A DNA stretch of 63,597 nt, filler included, from Octopus bimaculoides (Eukaryota), in NCBI RefSeq assembly GCF_001194135.2. It is 3 parts of 3 records of this genome, joined end to end, with 100 filler letters (N's around TTAATTAATTAA, not from the genome) between each part and the next. Parts side by side here need not be neighbours in the genome. Positions count along the whole stretch, not along the records: positions 1 to 29,453 come from NC_068999.1; 2 more parts are not named here. The stretch is one strand, 5' to 3'. Every line of letters begins with the position of its first letter. The stretch's first letter is position 1. The notes beneath the pieces were generated by a model. That model had not been told where the DNA came from and made no database searches. It saw nothing but the letters and a program-made list of their open reading frames with translations. The position numbers were made by a program, and so were the translations under genes. Shown here in pieces: positions 1 to 11,543 of this stretch.

Positions 1-150
1 GTAGTAGTAGTAGTGGTGGTGGTGGTGGCGGCGGCAGTAGCAGTGGTGGTGGTAGTAGTAGTAGTGGTGGTGGTGGTAGCGGTGGTAGTGGTGGTGGTGG
101 TAGTAGTGCTGGTGGTGGTGGTAGTAGTAGTAGTAGTAGTTGTTGTTGTA
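1..150. repeat. (GTA/GTG)n trinucleotide microsatellite
   Basis: gtagtagtagtggtggt... visible directly. Confidence 0.95.
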
Positions 151-643
151 AAGAAAGCACAGGAAGGCAGAAAGTGAAGACAGATAAAAGGTGATAAAAA
201 AATTATATATAAAAATGGAACCTGAAGAAGAATGTTCACAATGACAAGGAAAATGTAGAAGAAAGAAAGAAGTTCAACAAGATAACATGAAACAAATAAA
301 TTTACATTATTGATGTAAGAAATCATAATGATCTAATGTGCAGCAGCATCAAATTATAGAATGTCATGCATGGCTAACTTTACAGAAATAGAAACTGAAA
401 CATATGATGCAAATCCAATTAAAATGTAAATTTGCATTAATACATTTTTATCATCTTTACAAAGTAAAACTGTTGCAAAAACCACGAAATAATCTGAAAA
501 TGAATTGAATATGAAACACACACACACACACGGGCAAATAACAAACCTGTCTAAATGATGATTAGATCTTTTAATAGATTAAACAGCAATAACAAGTATG
601 AAATGGTATCAGTATGCCAAAATAAACTTATAAAATAACATAC

Positions 644-718
644 CAGACTCCAAAATCTGTTCAAGGTGAAGTCTTTTGTTTTTACATTGATCAAGTGAGG
701 TTTGTAAAAATTTCTTTT
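644..718 (-). CDS. Internal exon (75 nt, phase 1-1) of unidentified minus-strand gene: (E)KKFLQTSLDQCKNKRLHLEQILES
   Basis: Acceptor ttgcttcttttcag|, donor CTG|gtatgt; open in the frame set by the 5389-5439 exon. Confidence 0.7.
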
Positions 719-1799
719 CTGAAAAGAAGCAATCAAAATCTCATTTTATTATTAACACTTGATAAATTTAATCTATAGAAACATAATTTTTATTTTNNNN
801 NNNNNNNNNNNNNNNNNNNNNNNNNNNNNNNNNNNNNNNNNNNNNNNNNNNNNNNNNNNNNNNNNNNNNNNNNNNNNNNNNNNNNNNNNNNNNNNNNNNN
901 NNNNNNNNNNNNNNNNNNNNNNNNNNNNNNNNNNNNNNNNNNNNNNNNNNNNNNNNNNNNNNNNNNNNNNNNNNNNNNNNNNNNNNNNNNNNNNNNNNNN
1001 NNNNNNNNNNNNNNNNNNNNNNNNNNNNNNNNNNNNNNNNNNNNNNNNNNNNNNNNNNNNNNNNNNNNNNNNNNAAAAAAAAAAAAATTTTTAAATAAAT
1101 AAATTCTTTTGAATTTGAAAATGTTTTCTTAAGGAATTAAATTCAAAGCAAACAAATTGAAAAATTGTATCTCATTTTCATTTCTGAAGTAAAGATAATG
1201 GATCAATATAGATTAAAAAAGAACAAAAAAAAGCAAAAAATCTTTGTTGTATTTTTTAAAATTCTTCCATCTAAAATATAAATCAATATTCATAAATGTT
1301 CTATAATTTAATTTTATTGTTCAATTAATTTCATTTGAACTTCTATTGTTACATTACACAGTTAGATTAGTGGAAAAATATTGTAAATAATTTCCAGTGT
1401 TAGCATTAGAATCTTTGAGAAAAGCCAACTTAGAGTCTACTTTTATTAACAACAATGACCAGAAAAATGATTTCAAGGGTTAAAGAAGAAAAAGAAATTC
1501 AATAAGGAAAGAAAAACAAAAATTGTAAGATTTTGTATTTTAAATCTTACTCTTAATTTTTAAAAATTGCATTCATTAAAACATGCTGCAAATTTTAAAA
1601 GAGTTCAATCCTGATTAGAAAGATTGCTTCACATTTACATGGTATAAAATTTGATTCACATTGCATGGCACCTTGAGCATGTTTTCTGCTGTAGTCTCAG
1701 GTTGACTTAAGCCTTGTCAGTGAAATTGGCTTGATAAAAGTTATATAGAAGCTTGTCTATGCTCTTGAGTAGTAGACTTAATATTTGTTAGTTGGTTTA

Positions 1800-2062
1800 A
1801 CTTTTAGTGTAATTTTGGTGGCCTGCACCAGCTATGTAAGTACCTCTGTAATTACTTCTATCCAAGGCATCCTCCTTGCCTTTGTAGCAGTTGACTGTAA
1901 TATATCACACTAGTTGCTGAATATGATACCTTCTTGGACCATCTGATGAGCAATGCAGGCAACAAGTTCATATCTCCTTCCTGAGATTTTAAGCCTCTCA
2001 GTGGTGATTCCTGGTGGACCAAGGGCTTTCCCTGTTTTCATATCTTTAATTGTTCTATCTAT
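1800..2062 (-). mobile_element. RTE-clade LINE reverse-transcriptase-region fragment (decayed)
   Basis: Minus translation KTGKALGPPGI and, after a frameshift, CYKGKEDALDRSNYRG, matching RTE GKAPG and YKGKGD..NYRG motifs. Confidence 0.8.
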
Positions 2063-2130
2063 CATACTGCTGTTGTAGTATAAAGTTAGAGCTTAACTTT
2101 CAACACAGCTTTGAATATTCTTATTTCAAC

Positions 2131-3058
2131 GGATCTATTTTAAAACGGGGGCGCCAGTTTTCATTTATGTTTTATGTAGTGTTTTTGGTACCGAAAGACT
2201 TTCAAACTTCGTATACTTATCTATTTTGTGTTATAGAACAGAAAAATATTTTTGTATTCGAATTTATTTCATGTAAAAAATTGTCTTATTTCGATAATTT
2301 CTACTAATCACTGATATCTATTCAGTTGAAAACAGTTAGTGCTGTAACGGTGTATATCGTATTAATCCCCTAACCCTAACCCTAACTAGACTGTTAACCG
2401 TAACTCTAACCCTATCCCTAAAACTAACCCTAACTCTAGAATCCGAACTCTAAAATTGTTACACACATAGATACNNNNNNNNNNNNNNNNNNNNNNNNNN
2501 NNNNNNNNNNNNNNNNNNNNNNNNNNNNNNNNNNNNNNNNNNNNNNNNNNNNNNNNNNNNNNNNNNNNNNNNNNNNNNNNNNNNNNNNNNNNNNNNNNNN
2601 NNNNNNNNNNNNNNNNNNNNNNNNNNNNNNNNNNNNNNNNNNNNNNNNNNNNNNNNNNNNNNNNNNNNNNNNNNNNNNNNNNNNNNNNNNNNNNNNNNNN
2701 NNNNNNNNNNNNNNNNNNNNNNNNNNNNNNNNNNNNNNNNNNNNNNNNNNNNNNNNNNNNNNNNNNNNNNNNNNNNNNNNNNNNNNNNNNNNNNNNNNNN
2801 NNNNNNNNNNNNNNNNNNNNNNNNNNNNNNNNNNNNNNNNNNNNNNNNNNNNNNNNNNNNNNNNNGTCAGTGATTGGTTGAAATTACAGAAATACAACAA
2901 CTTTAACATGGAATAACTTGCGAATTCCTTTTTTTTGTTAAGAAGACTAAGAGTAAAAGATGTTTTATATGACACATTCTACCAGTGTCCCAAGTTTCAA
3001 AGTGTTTCGTTAGTGTTTCGTTAAGAAAATACTGGCGCCCCCGTTTTAAAATAGATCC
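2131..3058. mobile_element. Non-autonomous DNA transposon (MITE) with 28-bp perfect TIR, longer imperfect sub-TIRs and 8-bp TSD; Merlin- or hAT-like
   Basis: GGATCTATTTTAAAACGGGGGCGCCAGT at 2131-2158 and its reverse complement at 3031-3058; ATTTCAAC at 2123-2130 and 3059-3066. Confidence 0.9.
2367..2440. repeat. Degenerate (CCCTAA)n telomere-type repeat inside the MITE
   Basis: ccctaaccctaaccctaac...ctctaaccctatccctaaaactaaccctaac. Confidence 0.8.
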
Positions 3059-4379
3059 ATTTCAACTACCAGAAACAAGCTATATTTCATGTTTTCATGA
3101 TAATAGAGAAAACCAACTGCAAATATATATGACTACAAAAGATTGGCCTGTTTACTACTCTCTTTAGCTAACCATGAAAAAAATGATACATGCTTTTGCC
3201 TTAATATAAGAACAATCTTATATAGTATAAACATTACAAATAATCGACTGCCATATCTTGCTGGTACTTATTTTAGCAATTTTAGAATGATGAATGATAC
3301 AGTCTTTAATAAGAAAATTTCAAATTATGTTGAGCAGAGCAAACTATGTTTGAGTAATATCTTCAAACCTAACATACTAATCAGTCATGGTGTATGATTT
3401 ATCTTATAAATTGTCCTCAACTTTATATAAGATTTTCTGTGAAGATTTTATTACTATATAACTGCAATATTCCAAGTGGTACAATATAGAAATAGCCATT
3501 TGTATGGGATACTTCTAAAAGAAATGAATTAATATGATGCATAAATAAATATTCATAAAAGGAAATAGTATTAAAAAAATTGAAGATGGATTGCTCTCAA
3601 GAAAATTCAGTAGACGAAAGACCAGAATACTATTTAAAAATTATAGGAAGTAATTAAAATAAACATAAGACAGAAGATTAATCTTCATACTTGAAGCTTA
3701 CAGAGCCATTACAATGGAAAATATACCAAATTTTCAAAATGAAATATTAGCATTAGTATTTAACTAGTAGAATAAACAAAAATTAAACAAAAAGAAAGAA
3801 AAAAACAGATTAGCAATATTAATAAACTGGTTTTAAATGGCTTTTGATTTCTTTGAAATGACAAAAATGTTTAATCTAAATTCAAAATATGTAACTACAT
3901 TATTTAATCTCTCTGTGACGGAATTTTTGATCTACATCTCAAAACAATGACTGAATATATAATCAAGTGATAATAAAGATGTTTCTACTCCATTTGGTAC
4001 CTTATTGACTATGTTGAAGCTGAAACATTGAATTCTGTAGCCTCTTGTTTCTGCTGCATCAGTGCTTATGATACTCTAAAGTTGACCAAAATACATATTC
4101 TTTTTAATCCTTGAGCCATGTAATATATATTGGAAAGATCTTTACACTAATAGATATCCACCTAATTAATTCATACACTGCATAGTGCCTTTAAATTTCA
4201 ACAATTTTCAACGAAGATAAAGAATTCTAAATAAGAAAGCATATTCAATGTTTCAGGAATAAGGATTGAAAGCTTGAAGTGAGCAATCAGGAAATTTGAT
4301 TCTCTTCAGATGATGAGGCGATGACAAGTGATTGAGACCTTTTGTCAATTTCCTGTGCTTGACAAGACACCTCTAGTCA

Positions 4380-4597
4380 TGGCCAGTACTAGTGACAGTA
4401 AAAGACTCCCGTGCTAGTGACACATAAAAGGCACTCACTATATTCTGTGGAGTGGTTGGTATTAGGAAGGGCATCCAACTCAAGAGACCAATCCAAAACA
4501 GACTGAAGCCTGATGCAGCTCTCTGGCTTACCAGTTCCAGTCAAAATGTCTAATCCATACCAACATGGAAAACAGACACTAAATGATGATGATGACA
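4380..4597 (+). mobile_element. SINE family D, old copy with (GAT)n tail
   Basis: gagtggttggtattaggaagggcatcca...catggaaaacagacactaaatgatgatgatg; homologous to 25618 and 61433 copies. Confidence 0.8.
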
Positions 4598-5048
4598 ATG
4601 ATCAAATTTGCACTACAGTTTGAGAACTGGAGGAGATTTTATGCGTACATATATGAGTGTGTATGCATGGTTGTGTCTCCTTATCTTCACATTGCATGAT
4701 AGTTGCAAATGAGTGACTGTCACAGAAATAGGGTGTCTTATTTCCAGTCTTCTCTAAAAACATTTCACTGTATCTTATCTATTGTATGTATGTATGTATG
4801 TATGTATATGCCTCTTTCTCACATGCTTACATACACCCTTCCCACAAGCATAAATGCTGCAGTGCTTTGAATGGAGACAAGGTAAAATCTGCATTCAAAT
4901 TAAAAGATTTCCTCCAATCGACTTCAAGAAGCTTAATTAATGATCATGTATATAATTATGGTGATTATATGAATTTTATATATAGAAAAACTATTTTATT
5001 GAGATATAATGAAAATTTAAGTTAAGACTCTAAATTTAATGCCGGAGC

Positions 5049-5176
5049 ATCATCATCATCATCATCATCATCGTCGTTTAACGTCCGCTTTCCATGCTAG
5101 CATGGGTTGGACGATTTGACTGAGGACTGGTGAAACCGGATGGCAACACCAGGCTCCAGTCTAATTTGGCAGAGTT
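5049..5176 (-). mobile_element. SINE family D, 5'-truncated young copy
   Basis: catcatcgtcgtttaacgtccgctttccatgctagcatgggttggacg, near-identical to 61433 copy. Confidence 0.9.
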
Positions 5177-5388
5177 TTAGACTGTGCTTATAATTTAAAG
5201 TCTGAGTGGCAAGCCATTAAAAAACTATTGTTTCTTTTATGATATATTCCACCAACCAGTTAAAGGCATCTAATGAGATTCTTTAGAGAAACCATAGATT
5301 AGATTGTAAAAATGGATAGTGACCTATGAGTAATAACATACAGCAAAAGATTAAACCATTTTTAGTTTTGAAAAATATTTAGCCTTAC

Positions 5389-5439
5389 CATAAAGTAATT
5401 CACATACATTTATAAATGGAATTCCATATGAATACCATT
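5389..5439 (-). CDS. Internal exon (51 nt, phase 1-1): (E)WYSYGIPFINVCELLY
   Basis: Acceptor ctaacctctcctctctag| with branch-like ctaac, donor TATG|gtaagg; only this frame is stop-free. Confidence 0.8.
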
Positions 5440-5599
5440 CTAGAGAGGAGAGGTTAGTATTCTAGCAGCAATGAATTAACAAACTACTGCCATATCAAAT
5501 ATGAGCTGTATCATCATAACCATGATAGTCATCATCATCTAAGCAGGTCAAATACCATGAATTGCCACCTCTGTCTTTTTTGGAATACCCTTATATACA

Positions 5600-6230
5600 T
5601 TCACAGCATTTCTGTCAGTCTGACTCTTGATATTCTTCCATATAATCCCTGGTTTTAGCCTTTCTTCCTATTCATTTTACTTTTTATTAACAGTTGCTGC
5701 AAACCTTTTTTTTTTTCTAATTAAGTGTCCAAAATATTTTTGGTTTTTCTTTTTGATGGTGTCTCATAAAATTTTCTTAATTTTCATCCTTTTCAGTTCT
5801 TTATCATTGGTTTTGAGTTCTGTGCATGAAAATCTCAAGTCTTGCATATGCTCACATCTCAAAGACTTACTTGATAGCACTTTCATTAATATCCATGTTT
5901 TAGATCTATATCATAGACTTGACCATTTTAATAATCTTTTTCTGATTTAACTATAAATGTCTTTTTTTTTATATTATTATAAATATATGACTATTTTTGG
6001 AAGGAATTTTTATGCCCTTTGATGCCTGCTTCATATTTCCTGCTTTCTACTTGCATATATCCTGCATATATCAACTTTTGTGTCTGCTCATTTAGATTAC
6101 CCACCAGTTTTTTTTTTTGTTTTTTTTTCTTGCTGATTACCATTGAACCTGTTTACGTTGCATTCATGCTAATCATGCTGATCTATGTGACCAAAATTAA
6201 AATTTTACATATCTAGCTCTGGTACACAAA
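5600..6230 (-). mobile_element. Decayed RTE-like LINE ORF2 C-terminal fragment
   Basis: Minus tttgagatgtga...atttcatgcacagaactcaaaaccaatgataaagaactgaaaagg resembles the FEMW..RI.W.E.KTNEEVL motif; many lesions. Confidence 0.5.
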
Positions 6231-6323
6231 AGCTTTAGTGGATTTGCTTTTCAACTCTGTCATTTCAAAGTTGATTAGATGGACTATATTTTTACAAAAA
6301 GAGTATAGTCAAATTCTTCTTAC

Positions 6324-6368
6324 CTCTGTCACTAAACATTGGCTTATTGATTTCATTGACAACAATAT
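6324..6368 (-). CDS. Internal exon (45 nt, phase 1-1): (D)IVVNEINKPMFSDR
   Basis: Acceptor taattaacag|, donor AGAG|gtaaga; in frame with both neighbours. Confidence 0.75.
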
Positions 6369-7224
6369 CTGTTAATTATACCTATGTACATTCATTGACT
6401 GTAGTTTGCTTTTTAGTGAGGTTTTTTTTTATATATAGTTTAGTCAAGAAAGTAAGCGTTGTGCTGATTAAATCTTTCTCAAGGCTCTCAAAACTGATGG
6501 AAAGAAGAGAGGAAGATATCTTTAAACCAGAGACAATGGTTTCTTTTTCATATTTTCAATATAAGAGTATGGAAAAGATACAGCAGAGTGAGAGGTGCTT
6601 CAACTCTTCAACTAACTCATGAAACAGCATCATTATAGAGATTTTCTTAACTAGCAAAGGTTTCATTTTATTTTTCAGTTAATTACCTTCTTGTGTCACA
6701 GCTAACTAGTTTCACAAAGTATTTGCTTTCAAACTGATAAATCAATAGTTTATATTTCATTATCTCCACTGCTCATTAGTCGATGGCAAAGAACTTGACT
6801 GTCAAATCACTAAATAAAAGTATCCATTCTTTAAAGGTAGCATTGCTTACAACTTCGATCGCTAAACAATTTGAGTTTACAGATTGCATAAAAATGTTAT
6901 TCTGTTATCCTTTTACTGGTTTAAATTTTGGACTGCAGCCATGTTGGGGCACCATTTTCAAGGGTTTTTAATCTATTATGTCAAACACAGTTCTTATTCT
7001 AGTACTCACTTGACTGATTGTGCTCGTATTGCAGGCTACTATAGCCTAGGCTGACTGATGTCTTGAGTGAAAAATTGGAAACTGTTGTTCTATGTTTATG
7101 CCCTATTACTTAGCAGTTTAATACAGAAATCAATAAAATCACAAGACAAAATTAACTGCTAAGGTCAAAATGATTAACTGAAACTTATCAAGCTGGTGCC
7201 ACACTATAGGTGTAGTCTGGGAGT

Positions 7225-7415
7225 GTGCAGGAAAAAATGCTTAGCAGCATTTCTTCTAGATCTTCATGTTCTAAGTTCAAATCCCACCAAGGTCAACATT
7301 GCCTTTCATCCTTTCTGACTTGATAAAATAAAGTACCAGTCATGTATTGGGATCGATGTAATTGATTAAACCCTCCCCTCAAAAATGGTAGCCTTGTGCC
7401 AAAATAGGAAACGGT
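7225..7415 (+). mobile_element. SINE family A, old CpG-decayed copy
   Basis: atgcttagcagcatttc...gttcaaatcccaccaaggtcaacattgcctttcatcc...gccttgtgccaaaat. Confidence 0.8.
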
Positions 7416-7677
7416 TACTAAAACAAGAATAAAAGAATAAATCAGGGTTTTATGCGACTTGACCCTGCTTCTTTTTAATTTAAATATACAAAGAAAAGGT
7501 TTTATAGAAATACAATGTAAATAAATAATCTTTCTTGTTAATTAGAAATTAGAAACAATATTCATAAATAAAGTAACATAAAATTTATTTACTTTTTTAA
7601 TGAAAACAAAATTAAAGTGAGAGAAAAAAAAAGCAACAAAGACATTTTCTTCAGAATTTGTCTTTGAATTATCTTAC

Positions 7678-7718
7678 CATTCTGTAGTTCATTTAAAGTA
7701 TCATCGAGTGCTTCCAGT
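7678..7718 (-). CDS. Internal exon (41 nt, phase 2-1): (L)LEALDDTLNELQN
   Basis: Acceptor ggatttcag|, donor AATG|gtaaga; heptad-like peptide; in frame with neighbours. Confidence 0.8.
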
Positions 7719-7914
7719 CTGAAATCCCCACAGGAAAAAGTCATAATGTTCAGGTATCTTTAACAAAAAGAAGAAAAACAAAGTTATTTCTGTGATAGCA
7801 ACAGTTGATATAATGCTAATTATTAATGATGGCATTGATGACACCATCACCACCACTATGACCACCATTACCACCACCATATTAACAACAACAACAACAA
7901 TAATGTTTTCTGCT

Positions 7915-8125
7915 ATAGGCATAAAGCTAGAAATTTTTGGTGGATGGGGGAGGGGCTAGGTGATTACATCAATCCCAGTGCATAACTGGTACTTATCTCA
8001 TTGACTCTGAAAAGATGAAAGGCAAAGTCAACCTCAGTGGAATTTGAACTCAGAATATAAAGAAGTACAAGATGCTGCTAAGCTCTGTGTCCAGTGTGCT
8101 AATGAATTTGCCAGCTCACTACCTT
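7915..8125 (-). mobile_element. SINE family A, old copy
   Basis: gatgaaaggcaaagtcaacctcagtggaatttgaactcagaa...gccagctcactacc. Confidence 0.8.
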
Positions 8126-8169
8126 AATAGTAATAATAATAATAATAACAATTGCTGGTAATTACAAAA

Positions 8170-8345
8170 TATGCTTAGGGGCGTTTTTTTCTGGCTCTTT
8201 ACATTCTGGATTCAAATTCTGCCAAGACCAACTCTACCTTCATCTTTTCAGGGTTGATAAAATAAACACTAGTCAAACACTAAGGGCTGATGCAATCAAT
8301 TGACTTACTCCCTTAAAATTGTTAGCCTTGTACTTATAGCAGAAA
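8170..8345 (+). mobile_element. SINE family A, old copy
   Basis: ggattcaaattctgccaagaccaact...gggttgataaaataa...gccttgtac. Confidence 0.65.
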
Positions 8346-8374
8346 GAATTATTATTATAATTATTGTTGAAGAT

Positions 8375-8581
8375 AGTATTTATTATTAATTCTTAAATTA
8401 TTATATTCTGAGAGCAAATCTTGCTAAATCTTACTTTACATTTAGTATTTATTATTAATTCTTAAATTATTATATTCTGAGAGCAAATCTTGCTAAATCT
8501 AACTTTACATTTAGTATTTATTATTAATTCTTAAATTATTATATTCTGAGAGCAAATCTTGCTAAATCTTACTTTACATTT
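8375..8581. repeat. 69-bp minisatellite, 3 near-perfect copies
   Basis: Units start at 8375, 8444, 8513 (agtatttattattaattcttaaatt...ctttacattt). Confidence 0.95.
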
Positions 8582-8776
8582 AATTATTTCAGTGTCAGTA
8601 AAATGAGTGCCTGTTAAATGTTGGAGTTGACAATATCAACTACATTCTTCTCCACAGTGATAGTTTTGTACCATTCATAAAAATAGTATCAGATAGATAT
8701 ATCTAATCTACAGTATTCAAGTATTTCCTCTAAGTGTCAGATCCTATAGAACCTTTGGGTTAGCAGATTCATTTAC

Positions 8777-8808
8777 AGCTTTTTCTGATTCATTATTGCA
8801 CTATTTGC
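8777..8808 (-). CDS. Internal exon (32 nt, phase 0-2): ANSAIMNQKK(L)
   Basis: Acceptor aacatttcag|, donor AGCT|gtaaat; the other two frames have stops; CT+A gives Leu with the next exon. Confidence 0.7.
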
Positions 8809-8900
8809 CTGAAATGTTATAACTGATATTTTTCAAAGTTACCTGTCCAAATCAAGACAATTATCATGCCATCACTTACATTCTGAGCTAGTCATTTTAC

Positions 8901-8929
8901 ATCCTGCTCCATGATCACCATTATTTTTT
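8901..8929 (-). CDS. Exon (29 nt, phase 1-0): KIMVIMEQD
   Basis: Acceptor catttatgtatcag|, donor GAT|gtaaaa; 92-nt intron to next exon; the internal ATG could instead be the start codon. Confidence 0.55.
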
Positions 8930-10539
8930 CTGATACATAAATGATTACTTTTTTATTTTTTCCTTTTTCTCTCTGTCTTTCTTCTCTTTGTTTTCTATCA
9001 CATAACTTTGTAAATGAATAATCTGGTATTTATTTTAATGGCCTACTGTAACATTATTTTAATGTTACAGTGCGTTTGTGCCCTAGGTGTCAGGAAGACA
9101 CTCAGCCAGAAATGGAAACAAAATTGAAAGAAAATGATAATGAAAATAATAATGATAATAATAATAATCCATTCATGTATTTATTTATTTATTTATTTTT
9201 TTAAATACATATTTTACCTGTGAATTTGCATGTGTAAACTGGGAATGCATACAATGAGCTTCTCTGCCATAGGTGTACGGAAAACACTCAGCGAGAAATG
9301 GAAGAAAATTTGAAGAAAGAAGAAAAACAACAACAACAATAATAATAATAGTTGTTGTTGTTGTTACCATGCCAGCATAGAAGGTCAACATTAAACGATG
9401 ATGATGATGATGATGGTGTTGCTGTGGTTTGTTGAGTTTTTGTCATCATGAAAATAATGACTACATATTTTCAACAAAAATCAAAAGTAGTGAAATATCA
9501 CTCCTGGAAATGTAGAATATGCTAACATTTCTACATTGCCATTTGTTAGTTTAGTGATGTTCAAATTTCCATAAACTGTATTAGGCTATTAGAATATTTA
9601 AAAGAGATAGGTGAATTTTGATTTGCAATTTGCAATTTGCACTAAGCATCAAATTTTCTTTAGATTAGCATATAGGATTTAAAATACCTTGGGACACAAC
9701 TTACATTAATAAAACACATCTGTATATGACTTCAAATGATTAACATGAAAAGTTTATAAAGTAGGAGCAACTGAGACACAATAAAAAAAAGTCAGCAAAA
9801 TATTCATTCAGTATTTACCCAATAAAAACAAGTGAGTATCCAAATAATTGAGGGAGTAAGGTATGTAGGTCTCTCAGTTCATATATACTGAATTGTGAAG
9901 GCAACATAGTGTAGGCAATCCTCTGAATTCTTTCTATGTTGTTGTTTAGCACTAGACCAGCTCTCTGATTAACAACAACTGCAATCAAAGACATTCCAGC
10001 TGTAGCCATCCTATCTTTTTACAAAACTAGAACTACATTGTTTAATAGATCTTGGTTTTTTAAAAACAAGTTCCAATGTTTTGAGTTCTTCAGAATAAAG
10101 ACAACAAAATTTTCGCATCCTCTGTGTTTGAGAAACATACTGCTACTGTCTTTTTGTTTAAGTTCACTGGAACAAGTAGAATTAGAAGCATTGCTCAAGG
10201 GTACAATACCTATGTAATATTAACATAATTACAGCAGTGGACTGGCAAAACATGTAGTGTGGCGAATAAATATAATTTGAAAATTATTTCATGCCCATCA
10301 AGATAGATTGAGTTTTTATCCCTCTAAGTGAGATTCAATCCAAGAAAACAATATTATGGCATTTATATTTAGCAACTTGGTTGTGCAAGAAGTAAACTTA
10401 TTGAAATCCATTTTCAAGAATTGCTTGTGATTTTCAGTAGGAACCATTTCACTTTATTTATGTCACTAATTTCAAATAAAGCATAAATATCAAAACTTCT
10501 CTTCTCTTCTAAAATATATAATATTTAAGCTGAGTTAAA

Positions 10540-11240
10540 AGAAACCATGCTAATGACATGACCCTTCATTTCTCCACGATCTTCCTCAACCATGCATCAT
10601 TCTCATGCAACCTAGACACCAAATGCCAAAGCTGCATTATCATCATGAATGGAGACCTCAAGAGCATCCTTCAGTCAGGCCATGCCAACTTTGTCTCTTT
10701 TAACAGCAAAAGAAAGCTTAAGCACTACACATATCAAAAATAAAAAAAGAAACAAAAAAAACCACCACTATGGTACACACCCTCTTAACAGGAGTGGCAC
10801 TCAGAGTTCTCATAGTTACACCAAATGCTGGCCTTACTATCACTAAAAATCTCTCCTAGTGAAAGTACAGCCATAACATATTTAGGATGACATCTCAAAG
10901 ACTGGCTCTTCTCTTCAGGGCCAGAAAGTATTTTGGATGCCAATAGTTACTGACACCTTATTAAACTCACAAGAGACCCGCAATGGCCTATTCTTCCCAT
11001 ATTCACACAGAAATTCTGAGCTGCATTCAGAAAAATTCACTCAACTGATTGGCAAGTGATCCCTAATGGACATACTCCTGTTTCCAACCCAGAGGCATGC
11101 TGTCTCCTCCTTCAGTCTTTTCTGTCACTATTGTAATGCCTGCTCTTATACCTCCTCAATCAGGAACCACTAATCCACTTGTCTTTTCACCTCTTATCAC
11201 TCTCGTTGTATCTAATACCACTCATCCCTATATTAATCAC
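10540..11240 (+). mobile_element. Decayed CR1/Jockey-group LINE ORF2 C-terminal fragment
   Basis: From 10902: LALLFRARKYFGCQ*LLTPY*THKRPAMAYSSHI, resembling LG.LFR.RKYF...LL.LYK..IRP.MEY.SHIW. Confidence 0.65.
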
Positions 11241-11543
11241 TGTTCTCAGTTCTTCTCCAGAATATAATCCATCTGGAATCTTCTCTTAACTCTTCTTTTC
11301 TTGCAGGTGTTGACCTTTAACAGATTAAATAGAATATTAACAGCATCAAGCTCAACAAACTCAGAGGGCCTGCAAAAGATATGACCACTGCCCCTGTCTC
11401 CAACCCCAACAAGTAAAAGAACTAAACAAAATCCCATAAGAAACATATATACAATAATCTCTTGCACAGTTTCTATATATCAAATTCAATAATAAATCAT
11501 TGACTAAGCTGAGACTGTGATATAATACACTTGCTTAAGATGC

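Noticed and set aside
2367-2440. CCCTAA repeats as a chromosome end or fusion site
   Set aside because: Short, degenerate and enclosed by the TIRs and TSD of a MITE
6706-6752. 47-nt minus AG..GT segment (FESKYFVKLVSCDTR)
   Set aside because: Phase 0-2 is incompatible with the flanking exons and would introduce a stop
8375-8581. Tandem unit as a CRISPR-like array
   Set aside because: No unique spacers; eukaryotic context
9815-10009. Protein-looking 64-aa minus ORF (MATAGMSLIAVV...)
   Set aside because: Purine-rich acceptor, and its phase-2 end does not fit the exon chain; may be a decayed LINE; not supportable as an exon
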